A stretch of DNA of 61,680 bases, counting the filler, from Hausera hauseri (taxonomy: Eukaryota), in assembly GCA_046269625.1 (NCBI GenBank). It is 9 parts of 9 records of this genome, joined end to end, with 100 filler letters (N's around TTAATTAATTAA, not from the genome) between each part and the next. Parts side by side here need not be neighbours in the genome. Positions count along the whole stretch, not along the records: positions 35,242 to 42,282 come from JBJURY010041888.1; positions 42,383 to 49,405 come from JBJURY010042999.1; positions 49,506 to 61,680 come from JBJURY010044443.1; 6 more parts are not named here. One strand, written 5' to 3'. The translations under genes and the position numbers were made by a program. Below, piece after piece: positions 39,101 through 52,500 of the stretch. Each line of letters begins with the position of its first letter. Within the stretch, counting starts at the first letter, position 1. Below the pieces are notes generated by a model. The model saw only the letters and a list, made by a program, of their open reading frames with translations, searched no databases and was not told where the DNA came from.

Positions 39101-40900
39101 AAAACATATTTCAGGGGTTGACAATTTAGTGGCTGATTTTTTGTCACTCTCCGACGACTCTATCATATCTGCACTTATTTTTAATAGTGAATTACTCCGA
39201 CGAAACCTGCTAGACGAGTTTATTCTCTCCGCCTTCAAATTTTACAAAATCATTCATGGCGTAGCTTTGGACACCTCTGATTCTGGGTTTACTAAAATTA
39301 TTCTATTACCTTTTTTATAAAAACCGCTTTCACCAATATCCATTGTTTGCATCATCTAGGATCCAAAACTACTTTTCGATTTCTTAAACGCCAAGTGATA
39401 TGGCTATCAAAGAAAACAGATGTGCATGACTGGGTCAGTGAGCGTGTGGCATGCCAGAAGTTTAAAGTAGCCAAACACCTCAAGCCGCCACTTTATCATT
39501 TTCCCTGCACATCACGTTTCGACACCGTTTACATCGACATAGTCGGACCTCTTTCACCCGACAACGGCCATCAATTTATTCTTACAATGATGGATCGTGC
39601 TTCTAGGTGGCCAGAAGCCGTTTCACTTCGCTAAACCAACACTGAGACCAGTGCAAATGTATTCATACGCACATGGCTCAGCAGATTCAGCTCACCTAAG
39701 CACACAATCACTGATCAAGCCCTCAATTTCAGTCGAATTTTTTTCTATCATTAGTATATCGACTGGGGATCAAGCGTATTCACACAACACCTTATCATCC
39801 CAAGTAGAATGGCTACTGGAGCGTTTCCATCGTACTATGGGAATCTCCCTTAAAATTCTAGCCGACACAAATCAACACTGAATAAACCTTCTTGCTTACG
39901 TTCTACTGGGATGACGGAACACCCCATCCACAAACACTGGCTGCTTTCTGTCCGGGCACTCTTTGGTACACCAGTGCGTGCATTGTTCGAGTTGGCGTAG
40001 TGCAATGAAACACCCACTGACAAAACAATCCGGGCTGCGCAGGAGCACTTTATTTCGCTTAATAGCGATTCGTTTTGCAGAATTCTAAATCACAACAAAG
40101 CATACATTCTCGACATTCTATATAAGCCAAATTTGTCTGGCTGAAGAATTCAGTATCGCACGGGTTACAACCTCAATACGTTGGGCCTTTTAAGTTAATT
40201 CGTCTGAANNNNNNNNNNTGAACTCACATACTTTTATAACCCTCAAAAATGGATAAGAATGCTCAGTGCACATCATTAACATCAAACCAGCATTATTTAT
40301 CGATGACAACCCTGATTATTCTGTTCCGCTTTGTAGCAATTCCTTTATTGATGTTTTTACCAAGCCTTTTATTCCATCTCACAACAAACCTCTCGTTGAC
40401 GTTTTTCAGCCTTCACTAAACCTTCAATCCTGTCCTGATACTTCTTCTCAAACTTCGTCAAACGCACAATGTTCTGATTCTTCTTCAGTTCACAATGACA
40501 TGTCACTTCATGCCTTTCCTCAATCTTCTTCAGACCTTCAATATTTCAAACCTACTTTACCTTTCTCCACTTCGTGTTCGACTTATTTTCCTTCAAAATC
40601 TTCATTCTCTTCGACACACACAACATCAAACACTAAACTCAACAATCTAATAAATCTTCTGCCGCTACATACCTCTCTGCAACCTAACACAACGCGCACA
40701 AACAAAACACGCAGAGTGACATTCTTCACGTACAGTAGGGGAAAATCATTAGGTATTCAACGTCTTGTCCGCACTAAAACTGAATAAAATAAGCACTACT
40801 TTTTGGAGCCTTTCATTTCCTCTGCTTTGCTTTGGTAGTTTTTAGTTTAGCCACGGGGGGAGGGGTGATGTGGTGCCCGGGCTTTGCGGCGACCTTGTTT
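36168..40900 (+). mobile_element. Near-complete decayed Ty3/Gypsy element (PBS-like TGGCACCCAA, gag, PR, RT, RNase H, IN, PPT, LTR start)
   Basis: gag 36500-37300; TANG..PILG; SPLHVVPKKDG, YIDD, TTDAS, DIVGP; GGGGGAGGGGTGA then TGTGGTGCC at 40869; same family as 24378-26900 (shared VTF..YSR...QRLV..KTE tail). Confidence 0.92.
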
Positions 40901-43900
40901 TTGCTGTGCCGTGTGTTGGGGGTTTGTTCTCTCCTATCGGAAATTTGGCTGCTTTAAAGAATTCGGAACAGGAAGAAAAATCAAATTAATTTTGTAAATG
41001 TGTATAATTTTTTTTCTGTTTAAAGACATAAATTCAGGGACACATTTATTCAAAAACTTTATTTACCCGATTGTTGGCACTGTACTTCGTCTTCGTTTTT
41101 GAATAAAATTAAAAGCCAAAAGATATCAACAGTAATGCTTGATTATTATCAACTGTTGAACAACTTTCAATTCAGTCCTCAGTCAAGGAAACTCGTCTCA
41201 TACCGTTCGGCCAATAAACGAAAAGCCATACTCGTACAACAATATCAACAACCTTGAACATCTAACCGTTTTCAAATATCCAAAATTTACAAAGCGCGAA
41301 TCCGTTTCAAACAGTAACATCAGTAACAGTAATCAGAACCGCAGTTCCTTGTCCGACACCGAAAATCAGCTTTATGCACGTGCAATTAAAAAAATACAAG
41401 TAAAACATTAAATGCATCGACAAACAAATCAGCGCAACATAGCAAACCAAATCAAAAGACTAAAGAAAGACAGAAAAGCGAAGCCCTAGGTTTAACGGTT
41501 ACCTCCCATGTGTAGGTCCTTTTACTAAAAGAGCCCCATTAACAACTTAAAGCCTTATAAGGGAATGTCATACAGTCTTCCTGCGGTCTCCATTATCTGT
41601 TCTCACTCGGCTGGAGCAAAAATTGAACCTGACTAGATTGCTGTTGCATAGATTTTCAGGCCATGAACACTGCCATGAGGCTATCTGCTCATTACTTAGC
41701 AGACTTTTGACCGCACCGTATAAAATGTATGAAAATTATGCATGCATTTCAGCATCGGTGAGATACGTCATTGTGGCTGTTTGTTGTTAAATGAGCTGCA
41801 GTGTTGAAGTAACTAATTTATTTGTAGGGGTAATATAGTTGTATGATGGGTAAGACATGGGAAAGGCAGATATGGAAGATGAGCAAGCATGTCCAATTCT
41901 CAACCCTTTCAGAATAAGGTGTGTTTGTTTCTTTCTTTGCAATCTTTAGATATCTACTTGAATATTTTCTTAAAAGCATACAGCTGTTAGCATGAGATCC
42001 TTAACTTCTCTGTACGGCGTGTCATCGACGGTCAGTCACTGGTGATGTTAACAGGAGCTTTCTCCGTTTCTCATTCCACCTTTCTTTCTTTCCTGCGAGG
42101 TGTCGTGAGGGCTGAGGAAGACTCATAGCCTCTCTCTGTCACAGCGTCTCATAACAGCCAAACATCCGACCACCTTCGCGTGAAACTCCTGGGTACGGAA
42201 GGGGAAATCTTATTTTGGCCACGTTAAACGTCATGATGGCCTGGAGAAACTAGTACTCAAATGTATTATTCCTGGCGCAACANNNNNNNNNNNNNNNNNN
42301 NNNNNNNNNNNNNNNNNNNNNNNNNNTTAATTAATTAANNNNNNNNNNNNNNNNNNNNNNNNNNNNNNNNNNNNNNNNNNNNTTAATATTATGACTGCAA
42401 CCACCCGTAGGAGTTTTAAGAATAAAGGGATTAGACTGAGTTGGAATAAAAGAACCATCTGAATAACTTTCAGGGAAAATGTAATAGTCAACAAATAAAT
42501 AACTGATAATGTCATCGTTGTCAACTGTCCTCAAATGTAACATGGAATACTTCACTTTCAGATGTTCCAATTCTTTTCTCAAATCTGATTTTATTATCTT
42601 TCTCGGTTAAACTGCTTTCTTTTTGACTAATCTTCAGTCTTGCTACAACCAACTGATGTTTATCAGCAATTGCGAATTTAGAGTAGATATAATCGATTGA
42701 TTTTGATATAACAATTTCATTATCAAGAAATACAAGCATATCGCCCATTTCCAGTTCTTCCTCGCCATTATTTACAAATGATGAATCAATTTCTGAGACG
42801 GTATATACCTTAGTTAATTGATCCACAGGTCTAAATGCACTGTTACTAGATCCAATGACTGCTGTTGGCCCTTCCGGTCTATTCAATGATCCTGTCATCA
42901 ATGGACTGAATGCTGACTCTTTTATTTTGATCGGATTGGTATTTGTCTGTTTGGGATTGATAGAAAACTCTATACAGTACAACTGGCAATATTTCACTAT
43001 TTGGTATAGATTTATTGAGGAGCATTCTTTTTTATTCATTTCTGCGACTACTATCACCGAATTTCTTGATGGAGTATCGTCACTGTCAAAATTGTCATGT
43101 GGTGAATTTCCCGGGGGGCTTAGTAATTGGTCTTCGTTGGTAACGTCAGTTTTCACAAGGGGTTCGGATATAATAACTTTTGCTTCAGGAACGGGAGTTT
43201 TCTGTATTCCATTTGTTTCATGTTTATCATTTGGTATAGAAGGGAGAATTCGTTTCGCTATCATTTAAGTTCTGTAAAATTGTCTGAGAATTCATTTCTT
43301 TTCTATCATTTCGATGATTAACATTCGGCAATTTTCAACGATGGTGTTTCGAATTGTGATTAATCATTCGGTACAGATAGCTGTCTGAATCCGGAGTTCG
43401 AATTTCTCTTTATTTCATTTGATTTTTGTAATCATCTTGGAGCTGTTAAATGATGTTTTTTCATGCGTCTGGCTGGGATGTCTCAGCCTGAGTGGTTTCT
43501 AGGGTGAATTCAATTGAGTTGGTTTTGTTGGCATACTCGCATGGTACGTCATTTGGTTGTAGTATGCCTGATTTATGTCCAATGACTTAGGATGAATTTC
43601 TGGACTTCATAGGAAATTATTTCAATAGTAATTCAATCACTTGGCTTGAGATAGTTTCGGTTGATATTTGTAGATTTTGACAGTAAGTTACCCCACTGTC
43701 ATTTCTTATATTCACCCTTAGATGATTACCCCCATCAAGAGATAGATGCTATCTGTTCAATTGGTCTTTAACATCATCGGACAATTTCAAAACTGGATCC
43801 GAGGGAGACAGCAGAACTTTTTTATTTCTTCTGTCTTTTTTTAATTGAATTCTCGTCGTCCACATCTTTACCAACTTCGGATCGATGTGATTCAGTTTGA

Positions 43901-44350
43901 ATCTGTCTAAATATTGTCGAATGACATCGGCTGAACATGTCATTTTGTCGACATTGATCTGCGTTGGCTGACTGATGTGTGGTGCCCACAGCGACCGGCG
44001 CCCTCTGGCTCATATTGGTTGGACACGGCCGGGTGTCCGTTGCCGCCTTATCGAGCCCATAGTCGGACCCGATTTTCCGCCTCGAGATAACGACAGAAGT
44101 CACAGTAATATAAAACAGCATTTAGAAACCTCAATTACTTTACCAAAAAATTCAGTCCCTGTGACTTTATTCTCAATTTATGAGAAGCACGTTGTCGAGA
44201 CGAAAATGCCGTTTTGAACTTGATAAACAGTCTCCGAATAATCGGTCGTAACGACTGTGCAATGATCACCGAACAAGACCTTATTAAATGATGTGTGATA
44301 ATAGAGCAATTTGAGAAATACAGATTCAGTATGATCATATACATATATCG

Positions 44351-45160
44351 ATGTGTGTGACAGTTGATACTTATCATAATCGTCCAAGAAAGCATGATAA
44401 ATATATTCGAAACATTCCACTCAATAGATCGAAAATCGCAACACTCAAACCCCCAGAATACTTTGGTGCTTTCGGCAGAGTGGAACGTGTCTGTATCGTG
44501 AAAAACGACAAATTCATACGAACGTACGAGAACAATGCTTACAAACCGTTGACATTGCACGTTACTTTTACAAACAATACTGATGCGGTCAAAGCTCTCT
44601 GTGAATTACGTCGAATGAAGATAAAAGACGTTGAAATGATCGTAACATTCGGTTGTAACAAATTCTGTGAATCATACATGAGTGATGAGCAATGTAAAAA
44701 ACAGCACTGCCATTATACACACACTCCAATGGAAAAAAACCTCACACTTGAACAGTGCTCTGAAGTCAGTTCCAAAATGCCCAAAATGCTGAAATCAATT
44801 CTCAAACAACATGGACATTCCGATCTTTGTAGCCATTTAACAAAGGTCTCAGAATTCTGGTCGATTTTAATCAATAGTTACAGTATTACTAACGCCAATA
44901 TATTTTCCTTAGAAAATCGCAAATCAACGGATAATTCAGATTTTTCCGTAGTCAGTATGTTGGAAACTACGTTCACTGATGACATCAATAACGAACTTTT
45001 TAATCTCGTTTTTAATCCTGTGTCTGTTGCCTCTAGTTGGTTGCAGGATGAAATTTTGAAATACAAAATATCATCTATTTTCTTATTCAACAAAATGACG
45101 ATATTACTCATTCACTGCCTCCATCCTGTAGAAAACCTCCTTTGTGGGATTATGTTCTGA
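44351..45160 (+). CDS. CNOT4: CNOT4/Not4-like RRM + CCCH protein lacking the RING finger, intronless and divergent
   Basis: LKPPEYFGAFGRVERV..VTF....DAVKAL....FGCNKFCESYM...C....CHYTH parallels CNOT4 LKRPEYFGKFGKIHKV..VTY..EDA.RAI..LGTTKYCSYFL...C....CMYLH. Confidence 0.7.
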   Translation: MCVTVDTYHNRPRKHDKYIRNIPLNRSKIATLKPPEYFGAFGRVERVCIVKNDKFIRTYENNAYKPLTLHVTFTNNTDAVKALCELRRMKIKDVEMIVTFGCNKFCESYMSDEQCKKQHCHYTHTPMEKNLTLEQCSEVSSKMPKMLKSILKQHGHSDLCSHLTKVSEFWSILINSYSITNANIFSLENRKSTDNSDFSVVSMLETTFTDDINNELFNLVFNPVSVASSWLQDEILKYKISSIFLFNKMTILLIHCLHPVENLLCGIMF

Positions 45161-46147
45161 TCCTTCGTGCTATTCAGATATTTGCTAAACAAGAACATGA
45201 AAGTCGAAGTATTGAATCATCCAAATAAGGATGAAGTTTTAAAGTGTCGATCAAAAAACAAACTACCTATGAAAGAACCCTCACCAGAAAACGAATCATT
45301 GGACTGTGCACCAAAGGTAAAATCAGTTGAAGGGTCGACTGAACCACCCCAAATTACCACAAACGTAGTTGTCGTACCTCAGGTGTATCATTCGATGTGT
45401 TGTACAAGATGCATGGCAACCCGTATCAACGGTGATCCCTGTCGAAAAGAAATAATGGCAGACTTGTTAATGCCAAACATCATTATTTCTGTTTACATTA
45501 TTATTGTTGTCTGTATTTTCATTAATCAAAACGTAGACATAAATTTTTTAGATGTCTGTTTTATTCATATCTCAATGTGTTTGTGCCTACCGATTTTGTA
45601 GTGATATTTATTATTTGAACTTTTCAACTGAATTTGTTTAAATTTGCTAAGATATACACAAAATGTTTTTTAAAAGAAAATAAATTTTCAACCATCTTGT
45701 TTTTAGAATTTTAAATTTACAGATTTTCGACTTATCTTGGATATTATCATTTATGGATATTATTTATTCAATCTACATCTGGTGCCAGAAGTGTACTATG
45801 AATACAGAGATTGATAAGATTACGTCGGTATTTCGTACTCGCAAATCACAAGGTATATCTAAAGAAGTCGGAAGCGAATTTGACGTTCCAAAATGCCCCA
45901 TTGAAAAACACGAAATGAAAAAATATCTAATCGAAATGGTCCTGAAAAATGATGAAAATTCAAAAGTTCCCATAAATGAACTTGCAGTGATTGATGCAGA
46001 AATGTCAAATTTTCTGGAAGATGTTAAATGAGTTCGGAAAGTTACGTTTCTCCAAATAAAAAATGATTTTCAAATTTCCATCGAATTTCAATTTCAGAAG
46101 ACGAAACACCGCTAATATTTGAAGAATTCGAAGAACATGCCAATGCC

Positions 46148-47812
46148 TTGTTGACTGCAATAAAATTACGTAGACATTATATGGCGATATCAAATCAAAG
46201 TTTTCATAAGAATACAGAACAATACTTAAATCTCCTTCAGTGTGAAAGTACACCATCCGACTACCACAAAATGAACATTGAATATTCTAATCCTCAAAAT
46301 GACATTCAAAGTGATCATCTATTAATGCTTCTAGTACTCAAGATAGCCCATATAAAGTCAGAATGATGTTCATTAAAATTGAAGCCGATTTGTCGTTTGT
46401 AGATGGTGCAATGACTGTTCATAATAAAACTGATAATTGTACAATCAAATGCCAAATTCACGTTTCTGAATTTCTCCGAGATTATCATGCACTGTAGACT
46501 TTTGTTAGTGATGGGCCTCTAAAGTCGTTTTGCTTCAAACGTTTGAATTTTTTGAAACATCGATATTATCTGCACTGTTTATTGAACGAATTGCATTAGT
46601 CAGCCGAAAAAAAGACAATTGCTCATAGAGACTTACAATATTCGAAAAGTGGACACATATCCATGCATCATCATCTATGAATAAGAAACACTTGTTGCGT
46701 TTTATAAAAAAATGTCTACGTACTCGTCCAAATGAAAAAGTTTTGGTTGATAAATCTCCCAATCAAATATTGACTCTTAGCGAGGTCTTCAAGTCAATCA
46801 ACATTACCCCATATGAATTAACAATTATTAAACTTGGTGTTCATTGTGATCGTGATACATTCCACAGATTTGATAAATTCAATGCAAAGTACAATCCTGT
46901 TGGACAAAGTGAACTGAGTTAAGTGTTTCTAAAAACCGATAATTATAATAAGGGTCAATTGTTTGCCCAAATAATAAGACGTTATGGAAGATTTAGGAGT
47001 CAAAATACCAGCATGCAGAGCTGCGAATGTCTGTTTATCGCCGAAGTATTAACGAATGGGATCAGTTATCAATTTGGGCCATTGAAAATAATGTATATTC
47101 CAACAATGTCCAATGGATGATTCAATTTCCCCTGATTTATGATATTTTCCAATCTAGTTTTAATTAAAAACTTTCAAGACATTATTAGTAATATATTTTT
47201 ACCACTTTTTGAAGTTACCTGTAATCCCGAAAGTCATCCAGAATTGAATGCCTTTCTTTCTCGCGTTAGTGGTTTTGATCACGTCGACGATGAATCGAAA
47301 ACAGATACACGTGCTTTCGACAAAAATTCTCCAAATCCAGAAAATTGGGATAGTGAAGATAATCCTCCTTATTCTTATTACCTCTATTATACTTTTGCCA
47401 ATATCACGGTTTTGAATGCCTTTAGGAGACAACGTGGAATGAACATATTCACCTCTCGCCCACACTGTGGTGAAGCTGAATCAATACAGCATTTGGGTGC
47501 TGCCTTTTTATTTGGAGAAAGCATTAATGACGCATTATTATCGCGAAAAACTCCATTTTTGCAGTATTTATATTACACTTGCCAAATTAGGATTGCAAAG
47601 TCCACTTTGAGTAATAATTCATTGTTTTTGCATTATCAAAGGAACCCATTTTATGAATGTGTCGAGGACTTAACATGAGCCTAAGCACAGATATCCATTG
47701 CAGTTTCATTTCACAAAACAATCTCTAATGGAGGAATACAGTATTGCTGCCCGGGTGTGGAAACTTACTTCTACAGACGTGCGAACTTGCTAGAAACAGC
47801 ATGCCGATGAGT
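46148..47812 (+). pseudogene. AMPD: AMP deaminase pseudogene, intronless
   Basis: [102 protein letters not shown]; multiple stops and frameshifts. Confidence 0.93.
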
Positions 47813-48799
47813 AAATATGTGGCATTTCTGTTTAATTCAATAAAAATCGTTCCTCCAGATGACGAAACCAGCAGTGATAGCATGGAAAATGCTAATCTAT
47901 GTATTGTAATTCCAAACTGTCCAATACCAATTTTAGAGGAGGATATTTTAAATGTTTTCTCCAAAATCTTATTATCATCAACAAACACTCAATCTTCTAA
48001 ACAGATGGTTCAAATTTGTCTCATGAAGCTCAGCTCTCGAGTTAAACAAGGGATTAGCATAAAGAAGATTCGACCATTCTAAACAACTGGAGAGCTTTTG
48101 ACGTTTCCGTCGATTGGATTTGTCACAGCTGACAAATCAGTCATCCGACTGTCGTACATTGACAGCGGTATCCCCGCAATATCACTACATGTAAGTTATC
48201 CTAATTACAATCGTGTCATAAATTCGCTAATAACTTACGAATTTTAGTTGATATGTCACGATGTGACCATTACTCCCACAGGATGATCTGTCTCCCTAGT
48301 ATACACAATCTATCTAAAGTTTTAGCGCCAGAAATCATCCTGAAACACTTTGGTTTTGAACGTACTCTTTAGTAAGACAGGTAAGAGATCGATTACCCCG
48401 AAATTTGGGACCTTCTGCGGCGAGGCTGAGATCCCAGCCGTCCACCCTGCGCCATTGGGTCAGACTGCACCTTTCACTGCCGTCCCGCAGCACGCCCTCG
48501 GGCATATCACCTTTCCCTACTCCATCTTTCTTTTTCTGAATAACAAATATATATACAGCACTACACTGACATACTGCAACCATTCACAACTTCATATATA
48601 CCTTACTCCACTCCTCTGATTTCTACTTCACACAATGGATCTTTAGTACCCCTCGCTGGAACTCTACAATCTTTCTCAACCCACATCTGTCTTCACATTC
48701 ACTTTCGTATCCGTGGTGGCATGGATTCATCACGCACAATCGATACCACGGACAAACTCACCGAACCACAGATCCCCATCATTCATTTACCCAAACACA

Positions 48800-49405
48800 G
48801 CGCTTCCAACATCTCTGCACAACACACTCCTTACTTATTCCTCCTGCACCGAATACTTCCTCGAAGTCAAAACTCTATTGAAACTTGGCTAAAACTACAC
48901 CAATTTCGGCACCAATCACAAAACGTCGTCGATTATCCAAAGCCAACAGCCTCCTTTTCCACTTACCAACTTTCATCAAAATTAAAATTACAAATATAAT
49001 CGATATCCTTCAGCACACTGACCCATATACTCAACTTTATAATGCCGTTCTCAAGCTTACTAAGCCGTCAATCGACTCCAGCATTCAATGGTTCTTCAAG
49101 GATAACTCCATGGGCCTTCAGAAGCCTTCTGAATTCTTACGCACATCCCTGTCTCACCTTAACACCCTTGGCGTAACATGTGAGCATAGTCCAGAACTTA
49201 TTCGTCGCTATTTCTTAAATGCACTGCCCCTTCAAATAAGAGCTTTGCTTACCGTGGTCAAAGACTCCACGGCTCTGGACAAGCTAGCCGAACTGGCGGG
49301 CAAAGCTTACGAAATACTGCACTCACATACAGCACCAACTATCTCTGCGGCATTAACAACAGACCAACAACAACAAAATGCAATGCTGCAGCAACAAATT
49401 GCGCA
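48800..49405 (+). pseudogene. Gypsy gag fragment homologous to 36500-37300
   Basis: LLFHLP..DPYTQLYNAVLKLTKPSID..KPSEFLRTSL..FLNALPLQIRALLTVV..LDKLAELA. Confidence 0.85.
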
Positions 49406-49505
49406 NNNNNNNNNNNNNNNNNNNNNNNNNNNNNNNNNNNNNNNNNNNNTTAATTAATTAANNNNNNNNNNNNNNNNNNNNNNNNNNNNNNNNNNNNNNN
49501 NNNNN

Positions 49506-49582
49506 TTTTTTTGTTGATCCATCCATACTCCATACAGACGCGACTACTGCTTTCTGTGTTTCTGTTTTATCAGGTATTCTCG
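49506..49582. repeat. 77-bp terminal direct repeat identical to 61604-61680 (assembler circular overlap)
   Basis: TTTTTTTGTTGATCCATCC...GGTATTCTCG at both contig ends. Confidence 0.97.
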
Positions 49583-52500
49583 ATAAGTAGTCGGCATTAG
49601 CATTTCGCGATCCAGGTTTGTACTGGAAATTCAAAGTATACGGCTGCAACTTTAGAGCCCATCGTAATAATCTACTGTTGGGATTTTCATGCTGCTTCAG
49701 CCATTGGAGTGGTCTATGGTCAGTATAAATCAGAAGAGGTTTGTTTTCACTAATATATGGTGAAAATACTTCTAACGCAAATATTACTGCCAATAACTCT
49801 TTTTCTATCACAGCGTATTTCTTTTGGTGCTTATTGAGTTTTCGTGACGCATAAGCTACTGGATGTTCCTTCCCATCTTCTCCTTTCTGTGATAATACAG
49901 CTCCTACTCCGTAATCACTTGCGTCGGTTGCCAAAATAAAAGGTTTGGTCATATCCGGATAAATTAATATGGGGGCTGTTAGTAGTCTATCTTTTAAGTA
50001 ATCAAAGGTTTTCTGACACTCGTTCGTCCAAATAACTTTATCTAAGTCCTCTCGTAGTAACTCGTACAAAGGCTTTGCGATTTTGCTAAAATCCTTTATG
50101 AATCTTCGATAATAATTGGCTAAGCCTAGAAACTGACGTAGTTCCCTAACCGTACTCGGTTTAGGAAAGTCTCTTATCTTTCCTAAGAGCTTATCCTGAG
50201 GTTTTACACCATTTCTATCTACTTTATGTCCGAGGAAATCTACTTCTGTTTGAGCAAAAGAACATTTCTTAGGATTTATCTTCAAACCCATTATTTTGCA
50301 TCTATCAAAGAGATCCTGTAGATCTTTCATGTGTTGTTGGAAATCTGATGATGCTATTATTACGTCGTCTATATATACCATGGCATGGGGGGCATCTAAT
50401 AACAGAAGTTCTGTTCCTCTCTGGAATGTCGGTGGCCCGTTTTTTAGCCCGAATGGCATTCTATTAAATTCCCACAGTCCTTCGCCGATGGAGAAGGCTG
50501 TCTTGGGTTTGTCTTCTTCTTTAACCTCCACTTGCCAATAGCCCTTTTGCAAATCTATAGTCGTGAATATGGTTGATCCATGCAATTTATCTAGTATTTC
50601 GTCAATTCTTGGTAATGGATATGTGTCCGTTTCTGTTATCTCGTTTAACGCTCTATAGTCTATGCAGAATCTCATAGTCCCATCTTTTTTCTTAACCATC
50701 ACTACCGGAGCTGTCCAAGGTGAACAGCTCGGTCGAATTATCTTATTTTCCCTCATTTCCTTTATTATTTTTCGTGCTTCTTGTTTTTTGTCAAATGCCA
50801 ATCGATATGGTCTCTTTTTAATTGGCTTATCTTGTCCGTCTTTTAACTTAATGGCATGTTGAATAACCTTCATAGTGCCTAGGTCGTAATCCGTTTGAGC
50901 GAATCGGTTATTATTCCTTTCTAGTAACTCTATTAACAACTTCTTCTCTTCTTTACTTAAAATTATACATCCTTGTAATCTTTCATTCCAGTCGATGTTT
51001 GTAGGCTTACCTTTTTTGTTACTATTTGATTTTTGTTTTTCTATCATCATCTTTTCTATTTTGTCCACCTCTGATGTTATCGTGCAGCTCTCTTCTTTTA
51101 TCACTTCTTCCATTGTTGTTATTTCTCCCAACCTAGTATCCTTTCGCAACCGTTTTTCTTTTTTTGTTGTATTACATATAAGTAAGTGAACTTTTCCATC
51201 TCTTACCTTATCCACATGAGGAGCTATTAGTAATTCGTACTTTTCCATAACCTGTGGGGATGGTTCAAAATATATAATATCTGGTAGGACGCGACTTTCT
51301 ATTCTTCCAGGCACCACTATCTCAGATCGAGGTGGAATTGTGGTGTCTTTCACTAGCGAGACCATTCCTTCATTGCGATCATCATTAAACGTCTTAAGTT
51401 GACCGGTCTTTACATCTATATAAACATTTTCCAATTGGTTTAGAATGTCACATCCTATTAAAATTTCGTTGGTTAAGTTATCTGCTATTCTTATCGTATG
51501 TTTCACGATTTGTTTGCCTATTCTAATTTCAGCGTCTAAGACCATTTTTATTTCTTCTTCTGTGCCAAATGCTCCTATGTTTACTAATGTATTGATTGGT
51601 TTCCGTAATTTCCTTTTTAATTCCTTTGGTAATTGGCTTCTTCCCATTATTGTCGTCGTAGATCCCGTGTCTAGTAACGCGGTCATGGGGTGTCCGTTTA
51701 CCTCTATTTCGATTTCCGGTCTTATAGGGTGTTGTTGTGCGTTTTTATCATTTGTTTTATACGTTGTTTCACGTTTATAGGGCTCTGCATTTTCTTCAAA
51801 ATTTCGTTGCATCTGTTGTACTTGGTGCATTGGATATAATCCTGTGTGCACTACATATCGTGGAGCTGAAGGATTCATTGGTGGTAATTCATTATATGGT
51901 CGCTCGTTATATGATTGTCCATGGTATTCGTCTGCTGGGTCTAGACGAGGCAAATCCGTTATTAACTTACGTTTATATTTTGGCCTTCGTGTCCTCAACA
52001 TTAAGTGTTTAATATTATTTATATGTTTCTTTGGTTTTCTTTGACTATCTTCAATATCACTATCATCGGGCATACTATATGTGGACTCCTTTACATCCTT
52101 TCTTTGTATTAACTTCCTTTTCCATCGTGCATCGTGATTCGCTAGAAAGCAACTGGCTACGGCAGGTATTACTGCTATTAAGATTTTCCATGAACATTCT
52201 ACTGCTGCATGTATTCCATAGGCTTTACCTAATGCCGTAAATACCGTTCGAATAGCGCTAATGATAAAGTATATGGCTAGGAAACCGGAGGCTGCTTGAC
52301 CGAAATACAAAAATTTTCCCCACATCTTTTCCATGACGTTTTTCGTTACTTTCCTTAGATAATCTTTTCCCATAAGGTTTTCCCATTGTGGTGACCCTTC
52401 GCCATCCCACATTACTCTCCGGGTTAACTCTGTTATAACTCTCTGTCTTTGCTGGGGAAATAGCAGCATTCGTCGATAATCTTCTAAATTTTGTTGTGTG

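Noticed and set aside
46495-46922. Alternative genetic code (TAA/TAG at Glu-like positions in AMP deaminase)
   Set aside because: The same gene has several frameshifting deletions, so pseudogene decay explains the stops
49406-49505. Linkage between elements on adjacent contigs
   Set aside because: Separated by artificial linkers; contig order carries no information
51110-51365. Functional dUTPase between protease and RT
   Set aside because: Only a degenerate dUTPase-like spacer common in Gypsy pol; catalytic motifs not visible
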